From assembly GCA_963727445.1 (NCBI GenBank), contig CAVSGI010000013.1:416001-480000 (forward strand): a DNA stretch of 64,000 bases. Reading direction: 5' to 3'. Below, one piece after another: positions 1 through 10,958 of the stretch. Numbering within the stretch: position 1 is the stretch's first letter; every line of letters starts with the position of its first letter. This DNA is from an uncultured delta proteobacterium (GTDB lineage Bacteria; Myxococcota_A; Polyangia; Polyangiales; B10-G4). The notes beneath the pieces were generated by a model. That model did no database searches. It saw nothing but the letters and a program-made list of their open reading frames with translations, and was not told the origin of the DNA. The position numbers and the translations under genes are program-made.

Positions 1-1040
1 AGCATCGTGTCGCACCCGAAGGTCACGTCGATGGTCGCGTCTTCGATCGTGTTCACCGTGTCGCAGGTCGTGGGGCAGAGCTGGAGCTGGGTGGGCGCCG
101 ACGGGTCGTCGTAGTACCAGCCCTCCCCCGCGCAGTGGGTCGCGTCGCCGACGTTGGGGATCACCCCCGGCCCCGTGCCAGCCGGGCTGCCGACATCCAC
201 GTTCACGCGATCGTAGTTCAGGACCAGATCGGTGGGCGGGTCGGGGATGGCGAGCTCGCAGGGGACCGGCGTCGAGGCGAAGATGTGCTCCTCGAGGCGC
301 GTGAAGACGCCCGTCCAGTCGGAGGTGCAGATCGAGACCTCGAGCCCCATCGTCATCTCGGCGAGCTGGTAGTACTTCGCGCCGATGCGGGCCGCGCCCG
401 GGCACTCGTGCCCCCCGTCGTCCTCCGACGCGATGGCGTGGAAGACGTAGTCCCGCCCGCCGAGCAGGTCGTTCATGTTTCCCTGGAACTCGGCCACGTC
501 CATGTCGCTCTCGTCGTCGGTGACCGCCACGAAGTGCAACACCGCTTCGGGGCGCAGAAAGTCGCCGTAGCTGCCGAACTCCGACACCAGTCGCTCGAGG
601 GGCGCGTGCGAACCGACGTGCTGGTCCACGAATCGGTAGTGGGCATCGTCGCTGCCGAGGGGTGGGGGCACCGAGACGTAACTGTGGTCGGTGATCATCA
701 CGACGTGCGGGTCGATGCCCGCCATCAGCACCGCGTCGGCGAAGGCGTTCATGTTCTCCTGCACGCGCGCCGCTTCGTTGTCCATGCTCCCCGAGCTGTC
801 GACGACCCAGACGATGTCGACGGGGCGGAGCTCGGTCTCGGCGGCGACGGCCACACCGGCGCAGTCGTCGCTCCGGGGGTCCGGCGGCGTCATCGTGGGC
901 GGCGGGGTGGAGGCGTCGGGATCCGTGGGGACCGGATCACTCGGGTCCTCGCCACGACCACTGCCGGAGCCCAGCGCCCCGCCTGCTGGCGCGCAGCCGA
1001 GCAGCGTGACGAGCGACACAAAGAGCAGACTCCGACGCAT
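1..1040 (-). CDS. vWA-domain lipoprotein (myxobacterial CglB-like), runs off the left edge
   Basis: Manual translation MRRSLLFVSLVTLLGC (lipobox), VDIVWVVDSSGSM (MIDAS DxSxS), FVAVTDDES, C-terminal GWYYDDP..LCP.TC..FGC; GGAGG RBS upstream. Confidence 0.85.
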   Translation of the reverse strand, partial: MRRSLLFVSLVTLLGCAPAGGALGSGSGRGEDPSDPVPTDPDASTPPPTMTPPDPRSDDCAGVAVAAETELRPVDIVWVVDSSGSMDNEAARVQENMNAFADAVLMAGIDPHVVMITDHSYVSVPPPLGSDDAHYRFVDQHVGSHAPLERLVSEFGSYGDFLRPEAVLHFVAVTDDESDMDVAEFQGNMNDLLGGRDYVFHAIASEDDGGHECPGAARIGAKYYQLAEMTMGLEVSICTSDWTGVFTRLEEHIFASTPVPCELAIPDPPTDLVLNYDRVNVDVGSPAGTGPGVIPNVGDATHCAGEGWYYDDPSAPTQLQLCPTTCDTVNTIEDATIDVTFGCDTM

Positions 1041-1187
1041 CAGCACCTCCGGGGCTCGTTCCTTCAAGAGGAGTGCCACCCCCGATTTCCCGCGATCGCG
1101 CCCGCATTGGGGCACGCCGACTCCGGGTGTGGGGCCCCAGTCACGGGGTCGAGGGTCGCCAGTCGCCAAGGTGTAAGATGCCGCCCG

Positions 1188-1603
<416 letters not shown>

Positions 1604-1607
<4 letters not shown>

Positions 1608-2737
1608 GCCTGCTCGCCGGCGTGAACCTCTGGCAGGCGATGTGGTGGGGCGCCCTCGATTTTCCGCGCCTCGCGCGCGAGCTCGCGCGGCTTCGTGAGA
1701 TCGGCGTGACCACCGTGCGCCTGATGGCGTCGAGCGAAGGGCCGGACGACGCGCCCTATCGCGTCACGCCCAGCCTCACGCCGGCGCCCGGGGCGCCTCG
1801 CGCCGAGATCCTCGCTGGGCTGACGCGCGCACTCGACGCGATCGGCGAGCACGGGATCGACGCCATCGTCTGCCTCGGAAACTTCTGGCAATGGACGGGT
1901 GGCGTCGCGCAGCTGCGCGCCTGGTCCGACGGATCCGCGATCCCCTACCCCATCGGCGAAGACCCGGACTGGGACGGCTTCGCCCGTTACGCCGCCGGCT
2001 TCTTCGTCGACGATGCGGCGAAGGCGCTCTTCGTCTCGCACCTGCGCTCCACCGTCGGCGCCATCGGCGATCACCCCGCCGTGCGCATCCTCGAGGTGAT
2101 GAACGAGCCCCGCGGCATGCACGTCCCCGAGGCGATGCGCAGCGCCGTCCACGACTTCGCCCGTGTGATCCGCGAGCACAGCGACGCGCCCATCGCGACG
2201 GGCTCCGAAGGCTCGACGCGCGATCCCGAAAAGGCCGGACTGTCCTTCGAGGCCGATCACGACCATCCGGAGATCGCCTTCGCGACCGCGCATCTGTGGC
2301 CGCAGAACTGGGGGAAGTGGGACCCGGAGCGAAACGACGACGCGAGCTTCGCGTCGATGCTGACCTGGGCACGGGGTTACCTCCGCGACCACGCCGAGCG
2401 CGCCACTCGGATGGGCCGGCCGTTGATCCTGGAGGAGCTGGGCCTGGCCCGCGATGGCGGCCGGCGAGACGCGGGGGCGCCGACGTCCAGACGCGACGCC
2501 TTCTTCCGGGCGATGGTGGAGGAGGTGCGCCGCGCCCGAGACGATGGCCTCTCGGTGGAAGGGATCCTCTTCTGGGCGTGGGCCGGCGAGACCCTCGGCG
2601 ACGAGGGCCGCGGTCTCGGCGGAGATCCCCCGCACGAGCCGGCGGGCTGGTACGGCATCGGCGCCGAGGACCACTCGACCCAACAAATCATCGAAAGTGT
2701 TGGCCGGCCCACTCGACCCATACCCATTGGCGGCTAG
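1604..2737 (+). CDS. Glycoside hydrolase family 5 (beta-mannanase/mannosidase-like)
   Basis: NFWQWTGG, MNEPR (acid/base), HLWPQNW, ILEELG (nucleophile), FWAW, GDPPHEP.GWY; GTGA overlap with arsC stop. Confidence 0.85.
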
Positions 2738-2807
2738 CTTGAACGATGCGGGTCGGGGGGGCCTTCAGGGGGGGCCCCGCACTAATTCGGGCGACTCTCG
2801 CGCCGTC

Positions 2808-4139
2808 TCAGAACGTGATCGGGTAGCGCAGGCTGAAGCTCGCCTCGCCATCGACCCGGTACGGATCGGAAGCCATGTCGTCCGGCGGGATGTCGCCCCG
2901 AAGGGCGAGCACCTGCACGTTGCCCGGCGCGCCGGGGAAGGGGAAGGTGACTGTGGTGTCGTACCCGCTCGGCAGCGCCGGCACCTGCGCGTGGGTGTTG
3001 GTGGTCGTCATCCCCAGCACCACCAGGCCGCCCCCGTTCTGCATCTGAACGACGTACCGCTCCACGTCGGTGGCGGACTCGGTCCACTCGAACTCGTCGG
3101 TCCAGACGGTGCCGCTGCGCACGCGGGCGAGGTCCAGGATGTCGATCGTGGTCGGCGGCATCCCCGAGTACCACTCGAAAGTCCGGGCACCGTCGGTGAC
3201 GTTCGCGTAAGGCGCCGCGGCCCAGACGAGCTCGTCTCCCATCACCGGGAAGGAGTGAACGCGCATGGTGATGGTGTCGGTGCCCAGCGAGAGCATGGTG
3301 ATGGCGGAGCGGTTCAGGTGGGTCCCGGGCTCCACCGCGCCCACCCATCCCTGCCAGGTCTCGTCGAGGGTCTCGGTGCGGTATGCGCTCTCGGGATCGC
3401 TGGGCAGGTTGATCGTGTAGTCCTGCTCCACCGGCGTGACGTCGAAGGTGCCGTCGAAGTCGACGGTCACCGAGCGGCTTCCGTCGGCGGACACCGACCA
3501 GTCACCACGCGCGAAGTCATAGAGCGCTCCCGTGTCGTCGAGGGCGTAGGCGTAGACGTAGTCCTGGACGCCATCGGCGATCTGGCCCATGCGCAGCCGC
3601 TGGTCCCACGCAACGCCCTCGTCCTGGCAGACGTTGTAGTAAGAGATGAGCGCGACGCACCATCGGCCGCCCGTGGGTACGCCTGTGGCGCTCGCGACGA
3701 CGTGGATCATGTCGCCGAGGTCGGGGCCGAGCTCGTTCAGCGTGATCTCCGTGAAGCCGTCCGCAGCCATCGGCTCTTCCCATGGGCGGTCCACGAACGC
3801 CGAGATGCCGTAGCCCTCGAGGGCGGCGATGAGGTCGGTGGAGTCGTTCATGTAGCGGTAGTCGATCTCGACCTCACCGGCGGCGTCGCTCGTCCCTTCG
3901 ACCCGGCCCATGTCCGTATCGATGGCGACCATCACGCCCTCGATGGGCGCATCGTCCTGGTCGATGAAGCGCAGCTTCGCGGTGCGCATCGTCCCGCCCG
4001 CGGTCCCGTCGGGCATGGAGCCGTCCGGCGAAGTGCCCGAGTCCATCACCGTCCCCGAATCGGTGAGCATTCTGCCGTCATCCCCGCACCCCGCCCACAG
4101 GCAGGAGAGGACGAGAAGCACCTGGATGAGCTTTGCCAT
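2808..4139 (-). CDS. Hypothetical lipoprotein, beta-rich
   Basis: Signal peptide + WAGC lipobox, DSG/DG linker, long ORF. Confidence 0.7.
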   Translation of the reverse strand: MAKLIQVLLVLSCLWAGCGDDGRMLTDSGTVMDSGTSPDGSMPDGTAGGTMRTAKLRFIDQDDAPIEGVMVAIDTDMGRVEGTSDAAGEVEIDYRYMNDSTDLIAALEGYGISAFVDRPWEEPMAADGFTEITLNELGPDLGDMIHVVASATGVPTGGRWCVALISYYNVCQDEGVAWDQRLRMGQIADGVQDYVYAYALDDTGALYDFARGDWSVSADGSRSVTVDFDGTFDVTPVEQDYTINLPSDPESAYRTETLDETWQGWVGAVEPGTHLNRSAITMLSLGTDTITMRVHSFPVMGDELVWAAAPYANVTDGARTFEWYSGMPPTTIDILDLARVRSGTVWTDEFEWTESATDVERYVVQMQNGGGLVVLGMTTTNTHAQVPALPSGYDTTVTFPFPGAPGNVQVLALRGDIPPDDMASDPYRVDGEASFSLRYPITF

Positions 4140-4226
4140 GAGCCGCCCCTTTCGAACGAACGCGGCGGACTGTACCCCACAAAAGTGAGGGGGCAAAAAC
4201 GGCCCCCTTTGTGAGACGCTCCCCCC

Positions 4227-4796
4227 ATGCGCACCCTCCGGATCGCTCTCCTCGCGGCTTCGTCCCTCCTCGTGATCTCCTGCGGTCCGCCCTGGACCGT
4301 CATCGTCCAGAGCGGGCCGCCCTCGGCGCTCGCCGGCGTGCAGCAGTTCTCGGTCGCCGCCGATCGGTCGCAGTTGATGATCAGCAGCAACCGCACCCTC
4401 GACGCGGAGCTCGCTGCGCGCGATCCAGACGAAGCGCAGGCGCTCGTCTCGGCCATCACCACCATGGAGAGCTCCTTCGGCACTGGCTTCGCGAGCCAGG
4501 CTGGCGTGCCCACCATCCCCGGGACCGCACCGCCGCAGCCGAACGAGGCGCGCGTCACGGTGCGCTGGGTCTTCCTCGACCCCGGTAAGTACGCCTTCGT
4601 CTACGCCCGCGACACCGACGTCCGCGCGCGCATCGTCTTCACCGTCGGCGCGAGCGTGGTCGACGAGATCGAGATCCGGCGGGTGGTCGACGCCAACTCG
4701 CGCCAGGGCTCGATCGTCGAGCGCATGCAGATCGCAGGCGAGCAGGTCGGTCGCCTCGCGGGCAAGTACGTCCAGCGGGCCCGCGCGGGGGGCTGA
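4227..4796 (+). CDS. Hypothetical lipoprotein
   Basis: MRTLRIALLAASSLLVISC lipobox. Confidence 0.7.
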   Translation: MRTLRIALLAASSLLVISCGPPWTVIVQSGPPSALAGVQQFSVAADRSQLMISSNRTLDAELAARDPDEAQALVSAITTMESSFGTGFASQAGVPTIPGTAPPQPNEARVTVRWVFLDPGKYAFVYARDTDVRARIVFTVGASVVDEIEIRRVVDANSRQGSIVERMQIAGEQVGRLAGKYVQRARAGG

Positions 4797-4846
4797 CCCA
4801 CTAAATTAGGAGAAGGCTCGCGCGCCCGGAGCGGAAGGCCTTCGCG

Positions 4847-5899
4847 CTAAGGGTTGAACGCAAAGGAGCGGATCATCGGCGCCGTGATGGCCGCGGGGGC
4901 TGGATTGAAGCGCATCCGGGCGCCCGCGTTCCGCACGCAGCGCTGCATCCAGGCGTCCTGAATGGTGCTGAGCTGCGGGTGAACCACGAGATCCACCACG
5001 CGGCCGCGCGGATCGACGCGCCACTGGAGCGCGACGGTGCCGCTGATCGGAATGCGCCGCGACCGGCGCTCGTAGCAGCGGGTCATCTGCGGCATCACAC
5101 CGTTGATCGCGTTCTGCACCAGCTGGTTCAGCGCGGGGTTCTGCGGCGGCTGCTGCGGCTGCGCCTGCGCTTGCTGAGGTTGGGGGACCTGAGCGCTCTG
5201 CCCGTAGCCCGGTGGCGGCGTGGGAACGTTGTTGGCGGGCGGCTGCACACCCTGGCCGGCCGGCGCCGTCGGCTGCCCCTGCGCGCTGTCCATCGCCGCG
5301 CCCGCGATGGTGCCGAGACACGCAGCCGCGTCGCCGAGCTCACAAGCGCGCTGAAGAAGGCGCCGACTCTCCGCCACGTCCACGGTGACCCCCTGCCCCT
5401 GCGCGTAGACGGACGCCATCTGCACACACCCGGCAGCGCTGCCGTGGTCGCACGCCCAGGCGTCGAGACGATTCGCCTCGGAGACGTTCACGGCCGCACC
5501 GCGACCCAGGCGGAGCATGCGCGCCTGCTCGTGGCAGCTGTTCATGCTGCCGAGCTGACATCCCTGGCCGAAGAGACGATACGCGCGCTCGTTGCTCTGC
5601 GCGACGATCCGCCCCTGGTCGTGGAGCAGGCCCAGCTCGCGGCAGGACTCGCCGTCCTCGTGCTCGCAGCCGTGCTGCCAGGCGAGCTGCGCCCAGGACG
5701 GCGTGACCTCGGCCCCTCCCGTGCCCTCGAGGTAGTGGCGGCCCGCGACCGAGCACTGGCGCGCGTCCGTGGAGAAGCAGTAGGCCCAGGTGGTGGCCGC
5801 CTCGGCCTGGGCCTGGGCGCTGGCCGACTGGGGGCGGAGCCCGAAGGCGGCTCCGAGGGCGATGGCTATCCAAGTGGCGATCGAGAGCTGGCGAAACAT
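4847..5899 (-). CDS. Sel1-repeat exported protein with C-terminal AgmX/PglI (TonB-C-like) domain
   Basis: Repeats of AC..G....C..LG..Y..G.GV; Gln/Pro linker; RCYE...SGTV.LQW.V...GRV...CV. Confidence 0.75.
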   Translation of the reverse strand: MFRQLSIATWIAIALGAAFGLRPQSASAQAQAEAATTWAYCFSTDARQCSVAGRHYLEGTGGAEVTPSWAQLAWQHGCEHEDGESCRELGLLHDQGRIVAQSNERAYRLFGQGCQLGSMNSCHEQARMLRLGRGAAVNVSEANRLDAWACDHGSAAGCVQMASVYAQGQGVTVDVAESRRLLQRACELGDAAACLGTIAGAAMDSAQGQPTAPAGQGVQPPANNVPTPPPGYGQSAQVPQPQQAQAQPQQPPQNPALNQLVQNAINGVMPQMTRCYERRSRRIPISGTVALQWRVDPRGRVVDLVVHPQLSTIQDAWMQRCVRNAGARMRFNPAPAAITAPMIRSFAFNP

Positions 5900-6021
5900 C
5901 GGTGTGTGTTCCTCCCCCACGGTTGACGCTCCTCCCCAGCATACGGGAAGAATCGCCTCGGTGCAGACGAGGAGGACGGCGAGATCTTCATTCGGAAAAG
6001 GCATGGAAACGGGCTGGATCG

Positions 6022-7659
6022 ATGGATGACGACACGGATCTGAGCGGCACGCTGATCGGGGGCCGTTACCGGCTGCGAGTCCCGCTCGGCCGCGGCGGCA
6101 TGGGCACCGTTTACGGGGGCGTGCAGGAGGATCTCGGACGGCCGGTGGCCGTGAAGGTGATGCGGCCCAAGGCCATCGCGAGTCGCGACGGACTCGAGCG
6201 CTTCAGACGGGAGGCGTCGGCGACGGGCAGGCTCGGTCATCCCAACATCGTTCAGGTGACGGACTTTGGCACCTCGGACGACGGAGGAGCGTTCCTGGTC
6301 ATGGAGCTGCTCGACGGCCGGCCCCTCAGCGCCGTCCTGCGTGACGAGGCCCCGCTCGCACCCTCGCGCGTCGTCAACCTCGCGCGGCAGGTCTGCGCGG
6401 CGCTCGAGGCCGCGCACTCGGCGGGGGTGGTCCATCGCGATCTCAAGCCGCCCAACGTCTTCGTCGTACCCCTCGGCGGAGGTCAGGAGCTCGTCAAGCT
6501 ACTCGACTTCGGCGTGGCCAAGCTCGTCGGTGAGGGGGAGTGGACGCGTCTGACCGCCACCGGAGCGATCGTCGGCACGCCGGCCTACATGCCGCCGGAG
6601 CAGCTCATCGGTGGCGTCGTCGACGCGCGAGCCGACCTCTTCTCGCTCGGCGTCATCATGTACGAAGCGCTCGCCGGGCGACGTCTCTTCGGCACGCTCA
6701 GCGGTATCGAGCTGGCAGCGGCGATGCTCGACCGAACGCCGCGGCCTCTCGCAGAGCTGTGCCCGGACCTGCCGCCGGCGCTGGTGGCGTTGGTCGAACG
6801 GGCGATGGCGAAGGATCCGGCCGCGCGCTTCCAATCCGCTGCCGAGATGGCGAGCGCGATCGATGCACTTCGAATGAGCCCGGCGCCAGAACCGCCCGTG
6901 CCAGCGACGACCGCGACGGCGCCAGCGCACGCTCCTGTGTCGAGCACCAATGCGCCGCTTTCGGCGGCCCCGCGCACGGGCGCCTCTCGCACCCCGCTCG
7001 CGGCGCTCTTTGCTCTGCTCGTCGTCGTCTTGGCCGGGATCGGTGTCCTGATCTTCATGCGCATGCGCTCGGCGGACGCGCCCGCCGAGGCGAACGCAGA
7101 GCCCGCGGCGCAGGTCGCTGCGGTGGAGCCTGCCGCACCGGTCGCGCTGGAGCCGATGCCGCCTGCGAACGGTTCCATGCCGAGGCGAGAGGCCATCGCG
7201 GCATCGGACGAGCCGGAGGCGGAGGGCGCCGCGCCCGAGATGGCGGAGAGCGGTGCGATGATGTCTCGGCACGGGCGCCGCCCCACGCCGACGAGCCCGG
7301 CTCCATCCGCTCCCATGGCGAACGAGCCCTACGTCTTCATCCCCGAGTGGGACGTGCACGGAGCGTTTCACAACTTCGGTGACCCGATACAACCCGTACG
7401 CCACGGCATCGCCCGATGCCTGATGCGACGGGGGTATGTTCCGACCGAAGTGCGCGCGGACCAGCCACTGGCGTGCGTGGAGCTGGACGTGAGCGCCCAG
7501 GGAAACGCGACGGCCACCCGGCGAGTCGCGCGCGGGCGGCAGGACGCGACCCTCGAGGACTGCGTGAAGGACGTAGTGGAAATTCTGCAGCTGGGTCCGA
7601 CGCGTACCGGCGAGCCAGCCACCATCGACGTCTGCTTCAGCGTGCGCCCGGAGCTTTGA
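6022..7659 (+). CDS. Membrane Ser/Thr protein kinase (Hanks type)
   Basis: LGRGGMGTVY, VAVK, HRDLKPPN, DFG, GTPAYMPPE; TM helix and extracytoplasmic tail. Confidence 0.95.
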   Translation: MDDDTDLSGTLIGGRYRLRVPLGRGGMGTVYGGVQEDLGRPVAVKVMRPKAIASRDGLERFRREASATGRLGHPNIVQVTDFGTSDDGGAFLVMELLDGRPLSAVLRDEAPLAPSRVVNLARQVCAALEAAHSAGVVHRDLKPPNVFVVPLGGGQELVKLLDFGVAKLVGEGEWTRLTATGAIVGTPAYMPPEQLIGGVVDARADLFSLGVIMYEALAGRRLFGTLSGIELAAAMLDRTPRPLAELCPDLPPALVALVERAMAKDPAARFQSAAEMASAIDALRMSPAPEPPVPATTATAPAHAPVSSTNAPLSAAPRTGASRTPLAALFALLVVVLAGIGVLIFMRMRSADAPAEANAEPAAQVAAVEPAAPVALEPMPPANGSMPRREAIAASDEPEAEGAAPEMAESGAMMSRHGRRPTPTSPAPSAPMANEPYVFIPEWDVHGAFHNFGDPIQPVRHGIARCLMRRGYVPTEVRADQPLACVELDVSAQGNATATRRVARGRQDATLEDCVKDVVEILQLGPTRTGEPATIDVCFSVRPEL

Positions 7660-7723
7660 GCTCCGGGGTCGCGAGAACCGCGACCTCACAGCGGCCCGCG
7701 ATGAGGCTACACTGCCCGCGCTG

Positions 7724-8860
7724 ATGCGCTTCATCGGGCCTTACGAGATCGTCGAGAAGATCGGTGAAGGGGGCATGGCCGAGGTCTTTCTCGCGGTGCG
7801 CCGCCGAGACGCCGGCTTCGTCCAGAAGGTGGCGCTCAAGCGCATCCACCCCCGCTACCAGGGAGACGCGGTCCTCAGGGAACGCTTCGTCACCGAGGCC
7901 CGGACCAACGCGCGCCTGAGGCACCCCAACATCGTCGACGCGATCGACTTCGGGACCAAGCCCGAGCCCTTCCTCGCCCTCGAGTACGTGGAGGGGGTGA
8001 CGGTGGGCGAGCTCATGTACCGCATGTACCAGCTGCGCCAGCGCCTCGATCCGTCGACGGCGATGTTCATCGCGACCGGCGCGGCCCAGGCGCTCGCCTA
8101 TGCGCACAAGCTGCGCGGCGACGACGGCACACCGCTCGGCATCGTGCATCGCGACGTCTCTCCGGCGAACGTGCTGCTCTCCATGGACGGCACGCCCTAC
8201 GTGATGGACTTCGGCCTGGTGCAGGTGGCCGACAACCTGCTCGAGACGCACGGCGCGATCGCGGTCGGCACCTTCTGTTACATGGCGCCCGAGCAGCTCG
8301 CGGGCGGCCACGTGGACGCGCGCGCGGACATCTTCGCCCTCGGCGTCATGCTCTGGGAGATGCTGACCACGCGGCGCCTGATCAGCTCGAACGATCCGCA
8401 CGAGGTGCACGCGTTTCACCAGAAGGGCGAGATCGAATCGCCGGACAAGCTGAACCCCGAGGTGCCGCGCGACCTCGCGGAGCTGACGCTCCGCTGCCTG
8501 CACCCGGATCCCGACGAGCGCCCGCCTTCGGCAGAGGCGGTGTCGGTGGCGCTCCAGCGAATCGCGCACGAACGCGCGCCCGGCTACGGCCGCGAGCAGC
8601 TGGCGAAGACCATCACCTGGGCGTTCCCCGAGCGGGAGTGGTCGCGTGAGCCCCCGAACCTTCCGGCCGAGCAGCCCGATCCGGAAGATCGCGCGCGCCT
8701 CGCGCACGAGGAGAAGAAGCGCAACGCCGATCACACGGCGCGGCTCGAAGCGCAGCGCGCCGGACAGACGCTGCTCTCCGTCGCGGCGGTGGCGACGCTG
8801 GTGGGCGTCACGGCGGTCGTCGCCTTTGCGGTGGGGCTGCTCCTCGGGCTCTGGCTCTGA
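7724..8860 (+). CDS. Ser/Thr protein kinase with C-terminal TM
   Basis: IGEGGMAEVF, VALK, HRDVSPAN, DFG, YMAPE. Confidence 0.95.
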   Translation: MRFIGPYEIVEKIGEGGMAEVFLAVRRRDAGFVQKVALKRIHPRYQGDAVLRERFVTEARTNARLRHPNIVDAIDFGTKPEPFLALEYVEGVTVGELMYRMYQLRQRLDPSTAMFIATGAAQALAYAHKLRGDDGTPLGIVHRDVSPANVLLSMDGTPYVMDFGLVQVADNLLETHGAIAVGTFCYMAPEQLAGGHVDARADIFALGVMLWEMLTTRRLISSNDPHEVHAFHQKGEIESPDKLNPEVPRDLAELTLRCLHPDPDERPPSAEAVSVALQRIAHERAPGYGREQLAKTITWAFPEREWSREPPNLPAEQPDPEDRARLAHEEKKRNADHTARLEAQRAGQTLLSVAAVATLVGVTAVVAFAVGLLLGLWL

Positions 8861-8869
8861 GGCGTGTGC

Positions 8870-9417
8870 TCAGCGGCCGCGCGCTTCGCCGAGGAGCAGG
8901 TCGTAAGCGTGGGCCGCGTCGGCGAGCTCCACCTCGAGCGTGCCGAGCCAGATGCGATCTCCCACCGCGAGCGTGACCCGTTCGCCGGGCGAGAGCTGTT
9001 TGTGATTGACCGAGGTGCCGTTGGCAGCGCGCTGATCGACCAGCTCGATGGTCTCGTCGTCCTCGTCGGGAACGAAGTGGGCGTGGAGCTTGGAGATGAA
9101 GGGCAGCCGGATGCTGATGTCGCAGTTGGGGGCGCGACCCACGCTGATGCGTTCGGGGAAGGGGTTGCCTTCCTTCTTGGCGATGCGAACGATGCGCCAC
9201 TCCCAGGCAAAGCTCTCGTCGGTCGCAGAACCGGTGGGGTTGGCGGGGGCCGCCGAGACGGTCTCGAAGTCGATGGGGGGATCGGAGCCGTAGTCCTTCC
9301 GGGTCGTGGGGGAGAGATCTCCGGCCGCTTGATCAGGAAGAAGCCCTTGTTCTCCTCGATGAACTTGTGGCGTGGCAAACGAATCGCCTCGAGTTGCCAC
9401 CGTTCGATAGGCTCCAC
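8870..9417 (-). CDS. FHA-domain protein (frameshift near 9300-9320)
   Basis: ISVGRAPNCDI..ISKLHA..ANGTSVN FHA motifs; N-terminus MEPIERWQ lies in another frame. Confidence 0.8.
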
Positions 9418-9513
9418 TTCCTCCCGATTCTAACGCGAAGGTGCCGCTCCTGAGACCCCTCGATTTGGAGCCGTACAGGGAGATCGGGACGGTTTTCGAC
9501 GTATCAGGCGGCG

Positions 9514-9933
9514 ATGGAGGAGGAAGCCGGAGATCGGATCTCGGGGGACGCGGCCTTCGACGCGCGCGCCTTCGGCGCCCTCGAACACGCGATGCAGTGC
9601 CTGAGCGGCGTGGCGACCGAGGGGCCTCTCCTGCCATTTGCGATGATCGTCGACGGGGGTGAGCGATCCGTCCGCCACTTCAACGCCCCGGGCTACGAGC
9701 AGACCCTCGATGGGGCGCTGGCCTTCGCCAGCTCGGGCGATTACGAGTTCTGGGCGGTGGCTTGGGATGGCTACGTCACGGTACAGAGCCACCGGACCGA
9801 GGCGGTCTTCGTGCGGGCTGGCGGGGCCGAGCTCGACGAGAGCCTGCTCTTCGCCTGGCCCTACGAGCGGGTGCTGCCCAAGGGCGAGGTGCGCGCCCTC
9901 GGCAACCCGATCTTTCTGGGCCGAAGCGAGTAG
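9514..9933 (+). CDS. Hypothetical protein
   Basis: 139-aa ORF with protein-like composition and GC3 bias. Confidence 0.6.
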   Translation: MEEEAGDRISGDAAFDARAFGALEHAMQCLSGVATEGPLLPFAMIVDGGERSVRHFNAPGYEQTLDGALAFASSGDYEFWAVAWDGYVTVQSHRTEAVFVRAGGAELDESLLFAWPYERVLPKGEVRALGNPIFLGRSE

Positions 9934-9935
9934 CC

Positions 9936-10184
9936 TCAGGCCGCTGCGCTGGCGGTTGCCCGAGCCGCCGCGAAGGCCGCGGCCACGGCCAGGCCCGCCA
10001 TCGTCAGCCGCGCCTGCGCTGCGTCGACGAGGCCGCGAGACTCGAGATGGATGAGGGCGTGCGCCACCTCGGTGGGGCGGGCCCCGATCCGGCGGGCGAT
10101 CGCCGAGGCGTCGACCCGAAGGTTTTCGCTGTGGAGAAGGTAGAGGGTATCGAGGGTGCCGAGGACCAGAGTTTCGTGCGTCAT
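9936..10184 (-). CDS. Small winged-helix DNA-binding protein
   Basis: ASAIARRIG..PTEVAHALIHLESRGLV...RLT..G pattern. Confidence 0.65.
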   Translation of the reverse strand: MTHETLVLGTLDTLYLLHSENLRVDASAIARRIGARPTEVAHALIHLESRGLVDAAQARLTMAGLAVAAAFAAARATASAAA

Positions 10185-10314
10185 GGGCCCATCCTAGGCA
10201 CTACTGTTCACGCGTCCAGTTTTTGACGTTCAGTGATGAACGATCTGTCAGGAAGACTCCAGTTCATCAATGATTTCAGTTGCGGGGTTGGCGACGCATC
10301 CCTATGAGGGGCGG

Positions 10315-10797
10315 ATGAGTGACGAAAACTTGCCCCCCTGCGGGCTCTACCGAACCCGCCGCGAAGTGGCGGGCGTCCCCGCAGGTCGCCTGGTCTACTT
10401 CCACAATCACGGCGACCCCGGCCCCGGCATCTATCTGCCCGCGGCCTGGAAGGCGAATCGGGCTCAGTGGCATGGCCACGGCCACACCCTCGCGAGCCCC
10501 GAGGACGCCGCCGCCCTCGAGCCCCTCGCCGTCGAAGGCTTCTATCGCGTCGTGGACGCCTTCCATTGCTGCGAGAAGAAGTGCCGCCTCTTCGAGGCCG
10601 GCACCCTCGTCCAGCTCGGCTACAACGGCGCCGCCGACCCGCTCCTCTTCGTCCCCGAGCTCGTCGACACGGGCCTGTCGATCCCCGAACGCGGCACCCG
10701 CGTCGACCGCGAAGCGATCGCCAAGCTCGAGCTCCTGAAGGTCGCCCGCCCCCAGCCCAATGAAGGAGGACCGGCCCCAGGCGAAACCCTCCACTGA
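10315..10797 (+). CDS. Hypothetical protein
   Basis: LVYFHNHGDPGPGIYLP, CCEKKC; strong codon bias. Confidence 0.7.
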   Translation: MSDENLPPCGLYRTRREVAGVPAGRLVYFHNHGDPGPGIYLPAAWKANRAQWHGHGHTLASPEDAAALEPLAVEGFYRVVDAFHCCEKKCRLFEAGTLVQLGYNGAADPLLFVPELVDTGLSIPERGTRVDREAIAKLELLKVARPQPNEGGPAPGETLH

Positions 10798-10798
10798 A

Positions 10799-10958
10799 AC
10801 GGGGACGGTCTACACTTTTCAACTTCCCCCCCTCACCTCCGCAAGACGGGGACGGTCTACACTTTTCAACTTTCTGCTCCCTCCGGGACGAAAGTTGAAA
10901 AGTGTAGACCGTCCCCCAGGAGGGGGGACGAAAGTTGAAAAGTGTAGACCGTCCCCGT
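10799..10958. repeat. REP-like cluster: 2 forward + 2 inverted copies of GGGGACGGTCTACACTTTTCAACTT
   Basis: Copies near 10801 and 10848 (+), 10891 and 10931 (-), between convergent genes. Confidence 0.9.

Noticed and set aside
2748..2790. G/C-rich hairpin between convergent genes as a terminator or ncRNA
   Set aside because: Imperfect stem, no U-tract, single copy
10198..10270. GTTCA/TGAAC repeats as a LexA (SOS) box
   Set aside because: Poor fit to the myxobacterial LexA consensus; may be an operator of the adjacent wHTH gene, but unsupported
10799..10958. 25-bp repeats as a mini CRISPR
   Set aside because: Copies are in both orientations and there are only two per strand
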